Part shown: positions 24,206 through 34,029 of the stretch, one piece after another
How the letters are laid out: every line of letters starts with the position of its first letter
How positions within the stretch are numbered: position 1 is the first letter of the stretch
Source of the DNA: Octopus vulgaris
Taxonomy: Eukaryota
Assembly (NCBI GenBank): GCA_951406725.2
Contig: OX597830.1
Coordinates: forward strand, 53,940,001-54,004,000
DNA length: 64,000 nt
Reading direction: 5' to 3'
Made by a program: the position numbers and the translations under genes
Notes under the pieces: generated by a model
The model's database searches: none
Told to the model about the DNA's origin: nothing
Seen by the model: only the letters and a program-made list of their open reading frames with translations

Positions 24206-27200
24206 GACAGCAAGCTGGCAGAATCATAAGCATGCTGGGGAAAATGCTTAGCAGCATTTTATCTATCCTTACGTTCTGAGTTCAAATTCTGCTGAGGTTG
24301 ACTTTGCCTTTCATCCTTTTGGGGTTGACAATTATGCACCAGTGAAACACTGGGGTCAATGTAATCAACTAGTCCCCTCCCCCAAAATTTCAGGTCTTGT
24401 GCCTTTAGTAAAAAGAATTATAAGTACCAGTTAAGATTGATTTAATCAGTTGTCTCCTTTCCTGCAGTTTTCTGCCCTTCTACTATGTTAAAAATTATTA
24501 CAGCTATGGTGGTTGTGATGATGATGTTTAACCCCAGGTCAGCCCTAAATTGAGCAAGCAGACATTCCAGCCATGACCAATCTCATCTTTTCCTTATGTA
24601 GTAAGAATCAAGGGTCACTTTCTCCAACATGTCCATTTAAGTAAGTAGGGTGTAATTTGAAGGCACTTGGCTGCTATTCCTTTCAGTTCATATCACCATA
24701 TAGATACATACTTGTTGGCTTGTGGTAATTGGTAGAATCAGAGTTGCAAAGAAAATACCTTGTGTTGTTTAGTTCCTAGTTCTAAGTTCAAATCCTGTAG
24801 AGGTTGAACCTAATACTGAAAGGAAAATGTTACAGAATGGAAATGATTGAAAGGAGAAGAAAATAGAATTTTTTCCTTTACATATTTCAAAATGAATGTC
24901 AACAAAGTTAGCACAATTCTTGTTATGTCATGTTTTGGAACTGGTTGACTGATGCAACTTCATGATGTACAGTGGTTGTACAGGAAGTTAAAAGTGAAAC
25001 TGGACTTGATATTTGCCATAAGTTTTGATGAAGAAACAGTAAATTTGCTGAATTTGTACCACATTACACTAAACAACATTGCTTAACCAATGACATGTTC
25101 ATAAAAATGTGATATAAAATAAGATACTGCTCTGGGAAAGGCTTAACTGCCATCACTTCCTGCTTAACTTTCCCTAAAATAGTGAGTTAGTTGATACAAA
25201 ATAAGCTGAAACAAAATTGTAGTTAATGATGTTTTGTTTGTTTCTGATAATTTCTAGGGGAAATATATCGTCTGCTTTGATCCTTTGGATGGTTCTTCAA
25301 ATATTGACTGTCTGGTTTCTATAGGATCCATTTTTGGAATTTATCGAAAGGTGAGTTACTTCTACAGTTATCCTCAAACATATACTGCATATCTTTATCT
25401 GTCTGTATATATATGTGCATGTGTGTATATCTCCTTATATTGACCTACCAGCCACCTAGTCACCTACCGATCGGGTCGACATACCAGCCAAATTGACTAC
25501 ATCCTTGCCAGGAAAAGGGAAAGATGGCTGCTTATAAATGCCAAAACCTTCCCAGGCGAAGAATGTACCCCACAACATAGACTGGTAGTTAGTGACTTTA
25601 GGATCAGGACTAAGAGGACGACCAGAAGATGACCAACATGGAGAAGAATGATCTGGAAGCTTAAAGATCCTGCAAATGGACAGAGATTTAGAGACATATT
25701 ACTTGAAGCATTTGACGAAGTAGAAGGGGATATAGCTTCACATGGGGTAGAAGACAACTGGAGGATTCTAAGGGACAACCTCCTGAGAGCCACTGACCAG
25801 ATCTGTGGCTGGTGCAAAGTCCCCTCTCGACCTAAAATAACGTGGTGGTGGAACAATGCTGTAGACAGGGCTATTAGAGAAAAGAGACAGGCTTGGAAGG
25901 ACTGGAAAAATGGGGTAGCAGGGAATTGTATCAGACTGCCAAAAGAGAAGCTAGGAGACAGGTTTATTTAGCCAGAGGGGAAGCAGATAAGAAAAAATTT
26001 GCCAATGTTCTGCGCCGTGAGGACCAAAGACTTGAGGTATTCTGAGTTGCAAGACAGTGTGTGAGAGAGATTTGTGATGTGGTAGGAGAGAAATGTGTTC
26101 GCATGGATGATGGTTCACTTGCGCTAAATGAGGATGCAAAGAGAGAGATTTGAAGACGCCACTATGAAAGGTTGCTGAATGAAGAAAATGAATGGGATAA
26201 AGAGAGTCTGCTGAATGTCGACCCAACAGAGGGACCAGCTATCCGAGTTGACAGTTCCTTGGTAATTAAGGCAATTAGAAGCATGAAGACAGGGAAAGCC
26301 CCAGGCCCATCAGGAATTACTGCAGAGATGCTCAAAATATCTGGTAGTGTCGGCTATAGCCTAGTCACCCGTATAGTTAACCAGGTGATACACGAAGGAG
26401 TCATACCCAGTGACTGGTGTAGCAGCATAATAGTCAACTGCTACAAAGGTAAAGGTGACGCCCTAGATACAAATAATTACAGAGGTATCAAGCTGTTGGA
26501 TCAGGTAATGAAAGTTACGGAGAGGGTCATAGCCAAACTAATTAGAGAGAGAGTTAGTTTAGATGAGATGCAGTTTGGGTTCGTGCCAGGGAAAAGCACC
26601 ACTGATGCCATATTCCTGGTAAGACAGCTGCAGGAGAAATATCTAGCCAAAGATAAGCCCCTGTACCTAGCTTTCGTTGGCATGAAGAAAGCCTTCGACA
26701 GGGTCCCCCGATCCCTTATCTGGTGGTCAATGAGGAAACTAGGGATAGATGAATGGTTAGTGAGAGCTGTGCAAGCCATGTACAGGGACGCTGCTAGTAA
26801 GGTGAGGGTTGGCAATGAGTACAGTGAAAAATTCCAGGTAGAGGTAGGGGTCCAAAGTCCTAATAAGTAGGAAGGTAGACAAGTCACAAACGCCTTCAGG
26901 TAGATGGCCTTGCTCGATCTGTAGGAAAGGCGTAGGTAGAAACTCTATAAGATGCACCAAGTGTAAGCTATGGACACACAAGAGGTGTAGCAACATCAAG
27001 GGAAGGCTAACTAGGAAGATAGTTTTTGTATGTGGCAGATGCTCAGGAACAATAAACACTGAAAATGCGCAGAGACCAACTTCCGCCACATTCCAGGGAG
27101 AAAAACTAGAAATAGTTGATAGCTTCCGTTTCCTAGGTGACCAAGTCAGTAGCGGGGGCGGGTGTGTTGAAAGTGTAACTGCTAGAGTAAGAATAGCTTG

Positions 27201-30200
27201 GGCAAAGTTCAGAGAGCTCTTACCTCTGCTAGGGACAAAAGGCCTCTCGCTCAGAGTAAAAGGCAGACTGTATGATGCATGTGTATGAACAGCCATGCTA
27301 CATGGCAGTGAAACATGGGCTGTGACTGCTGAGGATATGCGTAAGCTCGCAAGAAATGAAGCCAGTATGCTCCGATGGATGTGTAATGTCAGTGTTCATA
27401 CTCGACAGAGTGTAAGTACCTTGAGAGAGAAGTTGGACCTAAGAAGCATCAGTTGCAGTGTGCAAGAGAGACGTTTGCGCTGGTATGGCCAATGTGGCGA
27501 GAATGGATGAAGATAGTTGTGTGAAAAAGTGCCACACCCTAGCTGTTGAGGGAACCTGTGGAAGAGGCAGACCCAGGAAAACCTGGGATGAGGTGGTGAA
27601 GTACGACCTTTGAACTTTAGGTCTCACCGAGGAAATGACTAGAGACCGAGCCCTTTGGAAGTATGCTGTGCGTGAGAAGACCCGGCAGGACAAGTGAGAC
27701 CATAACCCATGGCCTCAGTCCACTTATGCATACCTTTCCTTCTTGGGACACAAAACTCTACTTGTGAAGACCTGTTGAGGCAAGTGAAAATCAAAAAATC
27801 AAAAATCAAAATCGATCAACATGAATGGAAATTGTAGCTGTGATACCAATGCCGGTGGCATATAAGACAACCATCCAAACGTGGCCGTTGCCAGCGCCGC
27901 CCTGACTGGCTTCTGTGCCGGTGGCACGTAAAAAGCACCATCTGATCATGGCCGTTGCCAGCCTCGCCTGGCCTCTGTGCTGGTGGCACGTAAAAAGCAC
28001 CATCCGATCCATGGCTGTTTGCCAGCCTCGCCTGGCACCTGTGCCGGTGGCACGTAAAAAGCACCCACTACACTCATGGAGTGGTTGGCGTTAGGAAGGG
28101 CATCCAGTCGTAGAAACATTGCCAGATCAGACTGGGCCTGGTGCAGCCTTCTGGCTTCCCAGACCCCGGTCGAACCGTCCAACCCATGCCAGCATGGAAA
28201 GCGGACGCTAAACGATGATGATGATGATGATTGACATGTGGGATAGTAGCAGTGTCATTTATTTCGATAAATTTGCCCCCCACCAAAAAAGGTCACCATT
28301 ATAACTGGTGATGGTGTGTTTACATCCCTCTAACTTAGCAGTTTGACTCATATAACCAATGGAATAAGTACCTGACTTAGAAAAAATATAATTACTGGGG
28401 TTGATTCAATTGAAATTCTTCAAGGCAGTGCCCCTGCATGGTTGCAGTCTAATGTATATGTTATACATAACAGTTATATGGATGAGACGTAAACAAGAGA
28501 CTATGGCACTACAACCAGCCAGGAACAGTCTTCGCTACATTTGCGGTACCTGCCAGAGGGAGTGTTTGTCCAGGATAGGACTACACAGCCACAGTAGGAA
28601 ATGTATCAGGACATGAAATATAAAAGCCGGACTAGACTACAACAACCCCCCCCCCCCCCAAAAAAAAAACATGTGCAACTCCATTGTCTCCCGAGACAGA
28701 AAGGATGCCAATACAATACAAAAATATGGATGAAGAGAGCTTGCGTATGGATAAGGAGAGCTGCATCAAGAAGTGCTGATTTCTAATTGAAGAGAGAACA
28801 TGTGGAAGGGTAGACCTTGGGTCAGTGAAATAAATACCATTCAGGTGCTAGGTGTCAATTTAGATCCCTGTACACTTAGCAACTTAAATTTGAGGACTTG
28901 TGCCAATGTTAGAGACCATGGTGGTGAGCTGGCAGAATTGTTAGAGAATTTGGAAAAAAATACCTCGTGGTATTTATTCCAGCTCTTTATATTCTGAGTT
29001 CAAATTCTGCCAAGGTCATTTGCTTTTCATCAAATAAAGCACCAGGCAAGTACTGGATCAATGGTATTGATTAACCCCTCTTCTGAAAATGGCTGGCCTT
29101 GTGCCAAGATTAGGAACTATTTTATGAATGGATGATTTAATAAATAATAAATAATGAATCTAATTAGTTAATTAATTCCCTTAATTGTCTTTTTCATCCA
29201 GTTGTCTTCAGGCCCTGCTACTGAGAATGATGCCCTGCAACCTGGCCGAGACTTGGTTGCCGCTGGATATGCCCTTTATGGCAGTGCTACTATGGTTGTG
29301 CTATCCACTGGTCAAGAGGTGAATGGATTCATGCTGGACCCTGTAAGTTTTATTTTTTTGTTTTGTATTTTATTCCCTTTGAGGCTCTTCAAACATCATG
29401 GGCACTGTACTTTCTTTGATGAGTTTATCCTCTTCTTCCAGAGCCTCTTCTTCCAGAGCCTCTTCTCCCAGAGCCTCTCCTTCCAGAGCCTCTTCTCCCA
29501 GTGCCTCTTCTTCCAGAGCCTCTTCTTCCAGAGCTTCTTCTCCCAGAGCCTCTTCTTCCAGAGCCTCTTCTTCCAGAGCCTCTTCTCCCAGAGCCTCTTC
29601 TCCCAGAGCCTCTTCTCCCAGAGCCTCTTCTCCCAGATCCTCTTCTCCCAGAGCCTTTTCTCCCAGAGCCTCTTCTCCCAGAGCCTCTTCTCCCAGAGCC
29701 TCTTCTCCAAGAGCCTCTTCTCCCAGAGCCTCTTCTCCCAGAGCCTCTTCTCCCAGAGCCTCTTCTCCCAGAGCCTCTTCTCCCAGAGCCTCTCCTTCCA
29801 GAGCCACTTCTTCCAGAACCTCTTCTCCCACAGCCTCTTCTCTCAGAGCCTCTTCTCTCAGAGCCTCTTCTCCCAGAGCCCCTTCTCCCAGGGCCTCTTC
29901 TCCCAGAGCCTCTTCTCCCAGAGCCTCTTCTCCCAGAGCCTCTACTCCCGGAACCTCTTCTTCCAGAACCTCTTCTTCCAAACTAAAACAAAAAAAAAAA
30001 ATAACAAAACAAAACAAAAAAAAACAAAAACAAGCAAACAAAGCTAGCCTTTTGATGTTTCAGTTTCCTGTGAATTAACTTTGTTTCGTGTTTTGGCAGT
30101 CAATTGGAGAATTTCTCCTAACTGAAAAGAATATGAAAATTAAGCCACGAGGAAAAATCTATTCCCTCAATGAAGGTTATGCTCAGTATTGGGACAAGGC

Positions 30201-30929
30201 TACCACAGAGTATATAAAGAACAAGAAGCATCCTAAGGTAAGGCTTTTGCCATTTTGCTACTCTTCAAAGCATGAACCATTACAAGGTGTAACACGATAT
30301 TTGTCCTTGGGTTGCAACTGTTTGCTTACCCCGAGAAAATAAGAAAAATGGCTAATATTTCCTTCAGACTTTGCTTTTATTATTTAAATGAAAAAGAATC
30401 CTTCTCAGCACATGGCTATGATGCTCTAACATTAATCCTGCTCATGATCAGAGATGCACATATTGTCGGCCACTAAGGGACATGCTCTAGTGGTTAAGGT
30501 CAAGCAACTGACAAGCAAATCTGTGGTACTGAGCAGAATATTTGCTATAACGGTATTTCTATTTCAGCATCTCAGCACTGAATCTGTGTGAAATGTAATG
30601 GAAAATAGGTCAGTTTCAAAACATTGATGCCCAGGTCACAAAAGCAAAGTCTGAAGGGAATAGTAGTCATTTCCTTTAACTTCTAGACAGAAGCAAATAG
30701 GAAATAACACTTGTTGACCAAAGACAAAAAAAAAAAGAAGTTTTGTTACACAGTGCATAAGAGTGGCTGTGTATTAAGTAGCTTGCTTACGAACCACATG
30801 GTTCCGGGTTCAGTCCCACTGTGTGGAACCTTGGGCAAGTGTCTTCTATTATAGCCTCGGGCCGACCAAAGCCTTGTGAGTGGATTTGGTAGACAGAAAC
30901 TGCAAGAAGCCCAACGTATATGTATGTAT

Positions 30930-30970
<41 letters not shown>

Positions 30971-33883
30971 TATGTGTTTGTGTATCTGTGTTTGTCCCCC
31001 CAACATTGCTTGACAACTGATGCTGGTGTGTGCTTACATCCCCGTAATTTAGAGGTTTGGCAAAAGGGACTGATAGAATAAATACTAGGCTTACAAAGAA
31101 TAAGCTGTGGAGTCGATTTGCTCGACTAAAGGCGGTGCTCCAGCATGGCTACAGTCAAATGACTGAAACAAGTAAAAGAGTATAATTATTAACAGGTAAC
31201 TCTTTTGATACCAACACACCCGAGACTGTTCCTGGTTCTGTGATACAAACTTCCTCTTTTAAAGTGGTCTAAATTAAAACCCTCCATCAAAACTTAATTT
31301 ATGTTCAATTTATGTTAATTTATGTTCAAAACACCAGCTTAATAATGACAGTTATTTTCCTAAATTCTCCTCTATTTTCAAAATTTAGTGAAACAAAGCA
31401 GTGCAGTGCAACAGAATTATGATAATTAAAGAGTTAAAGTGTGTTAGGACTTTTAAGAATTTGTTCTATAAATTAGAGTATGTTATTTTCATCCTTTTAA
31501 ATTTTTGAGTTCAAATCTAACATTACTTTTAACCCTTTCTCATTTAAACCGGCCAGATCCAGCCTCTCACATTTATTTTACAATGTCATTCTGAAAATAA
31601 ATATCATTGAAATCTTGAAGCTTCAAGATAATGCTTGATTAATTCAAAACAATGTGAATAAATATGTGTTACATTTAACAGAATAATCTGGATGCTAAAA
31701 GGGTTAATCTTTTTTTGGGGTAGATAAGATGATATACCACTCAAGTGCTGGGGTTGAATAAATTGACAACCCTGGCTTGCTGGACTTGTGTCAGAATTTG
31801 AAACCAATATTAAAAATATCAACTTATGGCTAAAAATGATGCAGAAGCTCACTGATAGGACTTGAACCATGTACCTGCCACTTACTGGCTGATCACATTA
31901 CCCATTTGGTACATTGATATTCGACATTACTGCTTGATAAATACAACTATAACAATTATGACAGCAGCAGTTGTGAACAAGCCTACAAGAGACCCTTTAT
32001 GTGGTTGCTTGGATTGCTAAAAATAGCAGCAGTTTACTCTCGTAACCATACTATTTAAAAAGCAGAAGGGGTATGTTGAAAAGGTAGTGTTGGATACACT
32101 ATAGCTAGAAAAAGAAAAGAAAATGGAATAGTCATGGCTGGAATAGTGTTAATCATGGGACTGTTGTTGTTCACTGACAATTGACCTAGGGTTAAAATAA
32201 AAATATGGATGCTTTTTGTTGATGTCTATTACATTTAAGTTTTATTGAATTGTTTATGTCAGGAGGGAAAACCCTACGGTGCCCGCTACATTGGTTCCAT
32301 GGTCGCTGATGTACACCGAACCTTGTGCTATGGAGGGATCTTCATGTACCCTGCTACATCACAGACTCCTAAAGGAAAGGTTTGTTATAAGATTTTTTTA
32401 TTAAGTATTGTTACACACAAACATGCATGCACAACACACACACACACACCGTCATCATCGTTTAGCAGATACTGCAATAGCTTGGGATTCTCTTCAGTAT
32501 CCTCCCGAAGAGAGACCAACATTGTGTGGACATATGTCTCTTCAAAGCTGAATTGGATCTCTTACTGTCAAGAGCCCCAGATGAGCCAACTTCTCGGTGG
32601 AAAGCTGAATGAGGGCAGCAGCATCAAACTCCTTCATTCACTAAATGCCAACTATTAGAGGAGGATTAATGAAGGTGAAGTAACACCAGTTTGCAGTGCC
32701 CCAGCATGGCCACAACCATTGCCCTGAAACTAGTAAAAGAAAGTATATGTTAAATGATGTATATATATATGTGTGTGTGTGTAAGTGTATATATATATAT
32801 ATGTTTGCATGTATACATGTATGCATATATGCATGTATCATCATCATCGTTTAGCGTCCGTTTTCCATGCTAGCATGGGTTGGACGGTTCAACTGGGGTC
32901 TGTGAAGCCGGAAGGCTTCATCAGGCCCAGTCAGATCTGGCAGTGTTTCTACGGCTGGATGCCCTTCCTAACGCCAACCACTCCGTGAGTGTAGTGGGTG
33001 CTTTTTACGTGCCACCCATTGTTTATATATATATAGAAACACCTCCTTGACACCTAGCTACAAGCAATGTTGTCATTTCCCCTGTCAACAAATCATCACC
33101 TTGAGCCTTCGCAGACATGTAGAATAAGAGGCCTTTCTCTTGAAAGACATGGAATGGTTAATGACACGTAGGGCATCTAACTATAAAATAATGTTTCTGT
33201 AATGTATTCATCTAATCCATGATAGTATGGAAAAACAGATGTAAAAATAGACAAATGAATATATATTTTTTCTTAAATTTACTTCATGGTAATGTTTGGT
33301 ACTCTTGTATCACCACCCTCTCTATTTCAGTCCCCAACTGTTTCAGCACTCCTTATCTCAGTACACGTGTTTAGATACTTTCTGTTTGAGTACCCCAGAT
33401 ACAGTACCCCAATCCCATTTTAGTGTCCTTTATTATTTGTTAATTTACTAAATTCTTCAGTATTTCCAATATTAATTGAAACATTAAGAGCATATTTCAA
33501 CAGAAATATGGCAACAAAACAGTTAATGATGAAGTTATTTTACTAAATTCTTTAAGATTTTTCAAAATTAATCGAATAAAAGACTGTGTATTTCACAATA
33601 TGATAACAAAAGAGTGATATACTCCTTGAAATACTAGACCGACCATTTGTTATCAAAGTGTTTTTTAAGTGCTTATTTCTTATCGTTCCAGCTCCGACTA
33701 TTGTATGAATGCAACCCCATGTCTTTTATCATTGAGAAAGCTGGTGGTTTAGCTACCACAGGAACCATGCCCATTCTTGATGTTGTTCCTACAGGCCTTC
33801 ACCAAAGAGTTCCTATCTTCTTGGGATCGAAAGATGACGTTCAAGAGATTATAGATCTCTACAAAGTTCATGGAACTAAGTAA
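2617..33883 (+). CDS. FBP1: Fructose-1,6-bisphosphatase class I, spliced gene. Isoform A: join(2617-2771,22943-23105,25258-25350,29202-29342,30100-30237,32263-32379,33692-33883). Isoform B uses 18107-18261 as the first coding exon. 332 aa each.
   Basis: All introns are GT-AG and phases are consistent; the total is 999 nt. Hallmark motifs are present: [68 protein letters not shown]. Intron positions match the vertebrate FBP1/FBP2 pattern as I recall it. Confidence 0.96.
3004..3065. mobile_element. 62-bp mini-MITE with GG..CC ends and an 8-bp TSD (AACCGTTT)
   Basis: GGATCTTTTCACTTT ... AAAGTGAAAAAATCC; identical flanks at 2996-3003 and 3066-3073; related copy at 16004-16055. Confidence 0.7.
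3530..4780 (-). mobile_element. Tandem cluster of about 5-6 tRNA-derived SINE (family B) copies, partly separated by (AAT)n/(GAT)n tracts
   Basis: Repeated blocks atcgaccccgaaaggatgaaaggcaaagtcgac...atttgaactcagaa (B-box GAGTTCAAAT on the minus strand). Confidence 0.75.
3613..3828. mobile_element. MITE with CpG-rich ~45-bp TIRs and a 9-bp TSD (CGCAACTGG); Merlin- or MULE-like
   Basis: GGTACTACTTGAGAA...TTCTCAAGTAGTACC; TSD at 3604-3612 and 3829-3837; interrupts a SINE. Confidence 0.85.
5319..5591. mobile_element. Second copy of the same MITE, opposite orientation, 9-bp TSD (CAGATAGAA)
   Basis: TSD at 5310-5318 and 5592-5600; interrupts a family-A SINE. Confidence 0.85.
5778..6015. mobile_element. 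hAT (Charlie/MER5-like) MITE; truncated related copy from 7116
   Basis: CACTGGTCCTCAACC ... GTTGAGAACCACTG termini; imperfect 8-bp TSD (ATCTAAAG / GTCTAAGG). Confidence 0.6.
7271..7673 (+). mobile_element. SINE family A (tRNA-like head, internal TA/TG microsatellite, AAAGAGT tail)
   Basis: Shared blocks ggccgaccaaagccttgtgagtggatttggtagac and gcggtgctccagcatggccgcagtcaaatgactgaaacaagtaaaagagt. Further copies at about 4968-5711(+), 8603-9030(-), 10476-10878(+), 13750-14104(-), 15588-15968(+), 30759-31181(+), 40490-40907(+) and 63682-63900(+). Confidence 0.85.
9231..9453. mobile_element. Tigger/pogo-like MITE
   Basis: Imperfect TIRs TAGTAATTCCTTGACTATCGCGG / CCGTGATGTGGCGAGGGACTACTG with TA flanks. 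Confidence 0.6.
9661..11366 (+). mobile_element. 5'-truncated Penelope-like element with inverted pseudo-LTRs and a GIY-YIG C-terminal remnant; interrupted by a SINE
   Basis: Inverted arms 9661-9859 / 11176-11366 and 10181-10225 / 11105-11148. Frameshifted peptide [25 protein letters not shown]...[14 protein letters not shown] at 10264-10408. Hammerhead-like core in the arms. Confidence 0.75.
9724..9808 (-). ncRNA. Hammerhead ribozyme-like motif (type I, Penelope-associated)
   Basis: ggacc-CTGATGA-[long stem II]-GAAA-cACGTg-TA-ggcc, with palindromic stem III; one mismatch in stem I and a non-canonical closing pair at the base of stem II. Confidence 0.55.
11377..11661 (-). mobile_element. Non-autonomous Helitron
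   Basis: Minus strand starts A|TC-TTTATATATAAAA, has the subterminal hairpin CCCGAGCAACGCCGGG and ends CTAG|T. Confidence 0.8.
11675..11880 (+). mobile_element. SINE family B (tRNA-derived), representative copy
   Basis: GGCGGCGAACTGGC...GAGTTCAAATTCCGCC head. Many more copies, e.g. 24205-24420, 35560-36220(-), 49030-49195, 51225-51630(-), 53850-54185 and 56421-56632. Confidence 0.8.
14200..14590 (-). mobile_element. Decayed CR1/jockey-group LINE 3' fragment
   Basis: [20 protein letters not shown]...[15 protein letters not shown] resembles the C-terminal SFFPRT..LWN motif of these LINEs. Confidence 0.55.
18107..18261 (+). CDS. FBP1: FBPase alternative first coding exon 1b ([52 protein letters not shown])
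   Basis: Strong Kozak gcaccATGG; 155 nt; ends TT|GTAAGT (consensus donor, phase 2); no stops or indels relative to exon 1a. Confidence 0.88.
19171..19390. mobile_element. Fold-back (palindromic) MITE
   Basis: ~55-bp terminal inverted repeat (TCTGGGGAGGGTCATTCTCTTTTAGTGCC...) plus a central 23-bp inverted repeat; partial copy at 56228-56295. Confidence 0.7.
19672..20055 (+). mobile_element. tRNA-derived SINE family C, apparently full length, 12-bp TSD
   Basis: A-box TGGCCCAGTGG and B-box GGTTTCGATTCC; TSD ACTTACGTACAG at 19660-19671 and 20056-20067; related copy at about 44190-44467(-). Confidence 0.8.
21449..21730. mobile_element. MITE with ~85-bp TIRs, GG..CC ends and an 8-bp TSD (CTTATTAT); Merlin-like
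   Basis: GGCGATCTTTCGTCT...AGACGAAAGATTGCC; TSD at 21441-21448 and 21731-21738. Confidence 0.8.
22943..23105 (+). CDS. FBP1: FBPase exon 2 (dynamic loop, [18 protein letters not shown]...TEE...ENQ)
   Basis: ctcctttcag acceptor, GTGAGG donor, 163 nt. Confidence 0.95.
25258..25350 (+). CDS. FBP1: FBPase exon 3 ([31 protein letters not shown])
   Basis: tttctag acceptor, GTGAGT donor, 93 nt; carries the metal-binding DPLDGS motif. Too short for the ORF track. Confidence 0.96.
25443..28230 (+). mobile_element. 5'-truncated, frameshifted RTE-type LINE (end of endonuclease, RT, PHD finger, tandem-repeat 3' UTR, (GAT)n tail) in FBPase intron 3
   Basis: Peptides [67 protein letters not shown]; multiple stops and frameshifts. 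Confidence 0.92.
28480..28713 (+). mobile_element. RTE LINE 3' fragment with a C-terminal zinc finger
   Basis: [23 protein letters not shown] followed by an RTE-like terminus CCATTGTCTCCCGAGACAGAAAGGATGCC. Confidence 0.65.
29202..29342 (+). CDS. FBP1: FBPase exon 4 ([30 protein letters not shown]...FMLDP)
   Basis: ttcatccag acceptor, GTAAGT donor, 141 nt. Confidence 0.95.
29429..29980. repeat. 15-bp minisatellite (CCAGAGCCTCTTCTC)n, about 37 units, in FBPase intron 4
   Basis: Directly visible; it explains the SLFSQ, EEALG, EPLLP, RASSP and KRLWE pseudo-ORFs. Confidence 0.95.
30100..30237 (+). CDS. FBP1: FBPase exon 5 (SIGEFLLT...IYSLNEGY...HPK)
   Basis: ttttggcag acceptor, GTAAGG donor, 138 nt. 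Confidence 0.95.
32263..32379 (+). CDS. FBP1: FBPase exon 6 ([21 protein letters not shown]...PKGK)
   Basis: tatgtcag acceptor, GTTTGT donor, 117 nt. Confidence 0.95.
32837..33016 (-). mobile_element. Short 3'-end copy of the RTE-type LINE; similar copies at about 20270-20410, 36930-37280 and 59100-59330
   Basis: Reverse complement of 28045-28230, including the (CAT)n tail. Confidence 0.75.
33692..33883 (+). CDS. FBP1: FBPase exon 7 ([10 protein letters not shown]...HGTK*)
   Basis: cgttccag acceptor, TAA stop at 33881-33883, 192 nt. Confidence 0.95.
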   Translation, partial: LRLLYECNPMSFIIEKAGGLATTGTMPILDVVPTGLHQRVPIFLGSKDDVQEIIDLYKVHGTK

Positions 33884-34023
33884 AAGAAATCCAGAGAAAA
33901 GAAAAAAACATTTTTGCTGCTTATTCAATTTTTTTTCAATTTCTTAACTGTTAAAGAATGAATTAAGGGGAATAATTATATGCAAATATATGCAACGTTT
34001 TTGATTTTCTTCGATGTCATTGT

Positions 34024-34029
34024 AATAAA
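34024..34029 (+). terminator. Putative polyadenylation signal of the FBPase gene
   Basis: AATAAA about 140 nt after the stop codon, followed by T/GT-rich sequence. Confidence 0.5.

Noticed and set aside
27850-28065. CRISPR-like repeat array
   Set aside because: Eukaryotic LINE UTR; the units are contiguous tandem repeats without unique spacers, and there are no cas genes.
29370-30078. Long ORFs with EEALG, RASSP, EPLLP and KRLWE repeats
   Set aside because: They are alternative-frame translations of a stop-free 15-bp intronic minisatellite.
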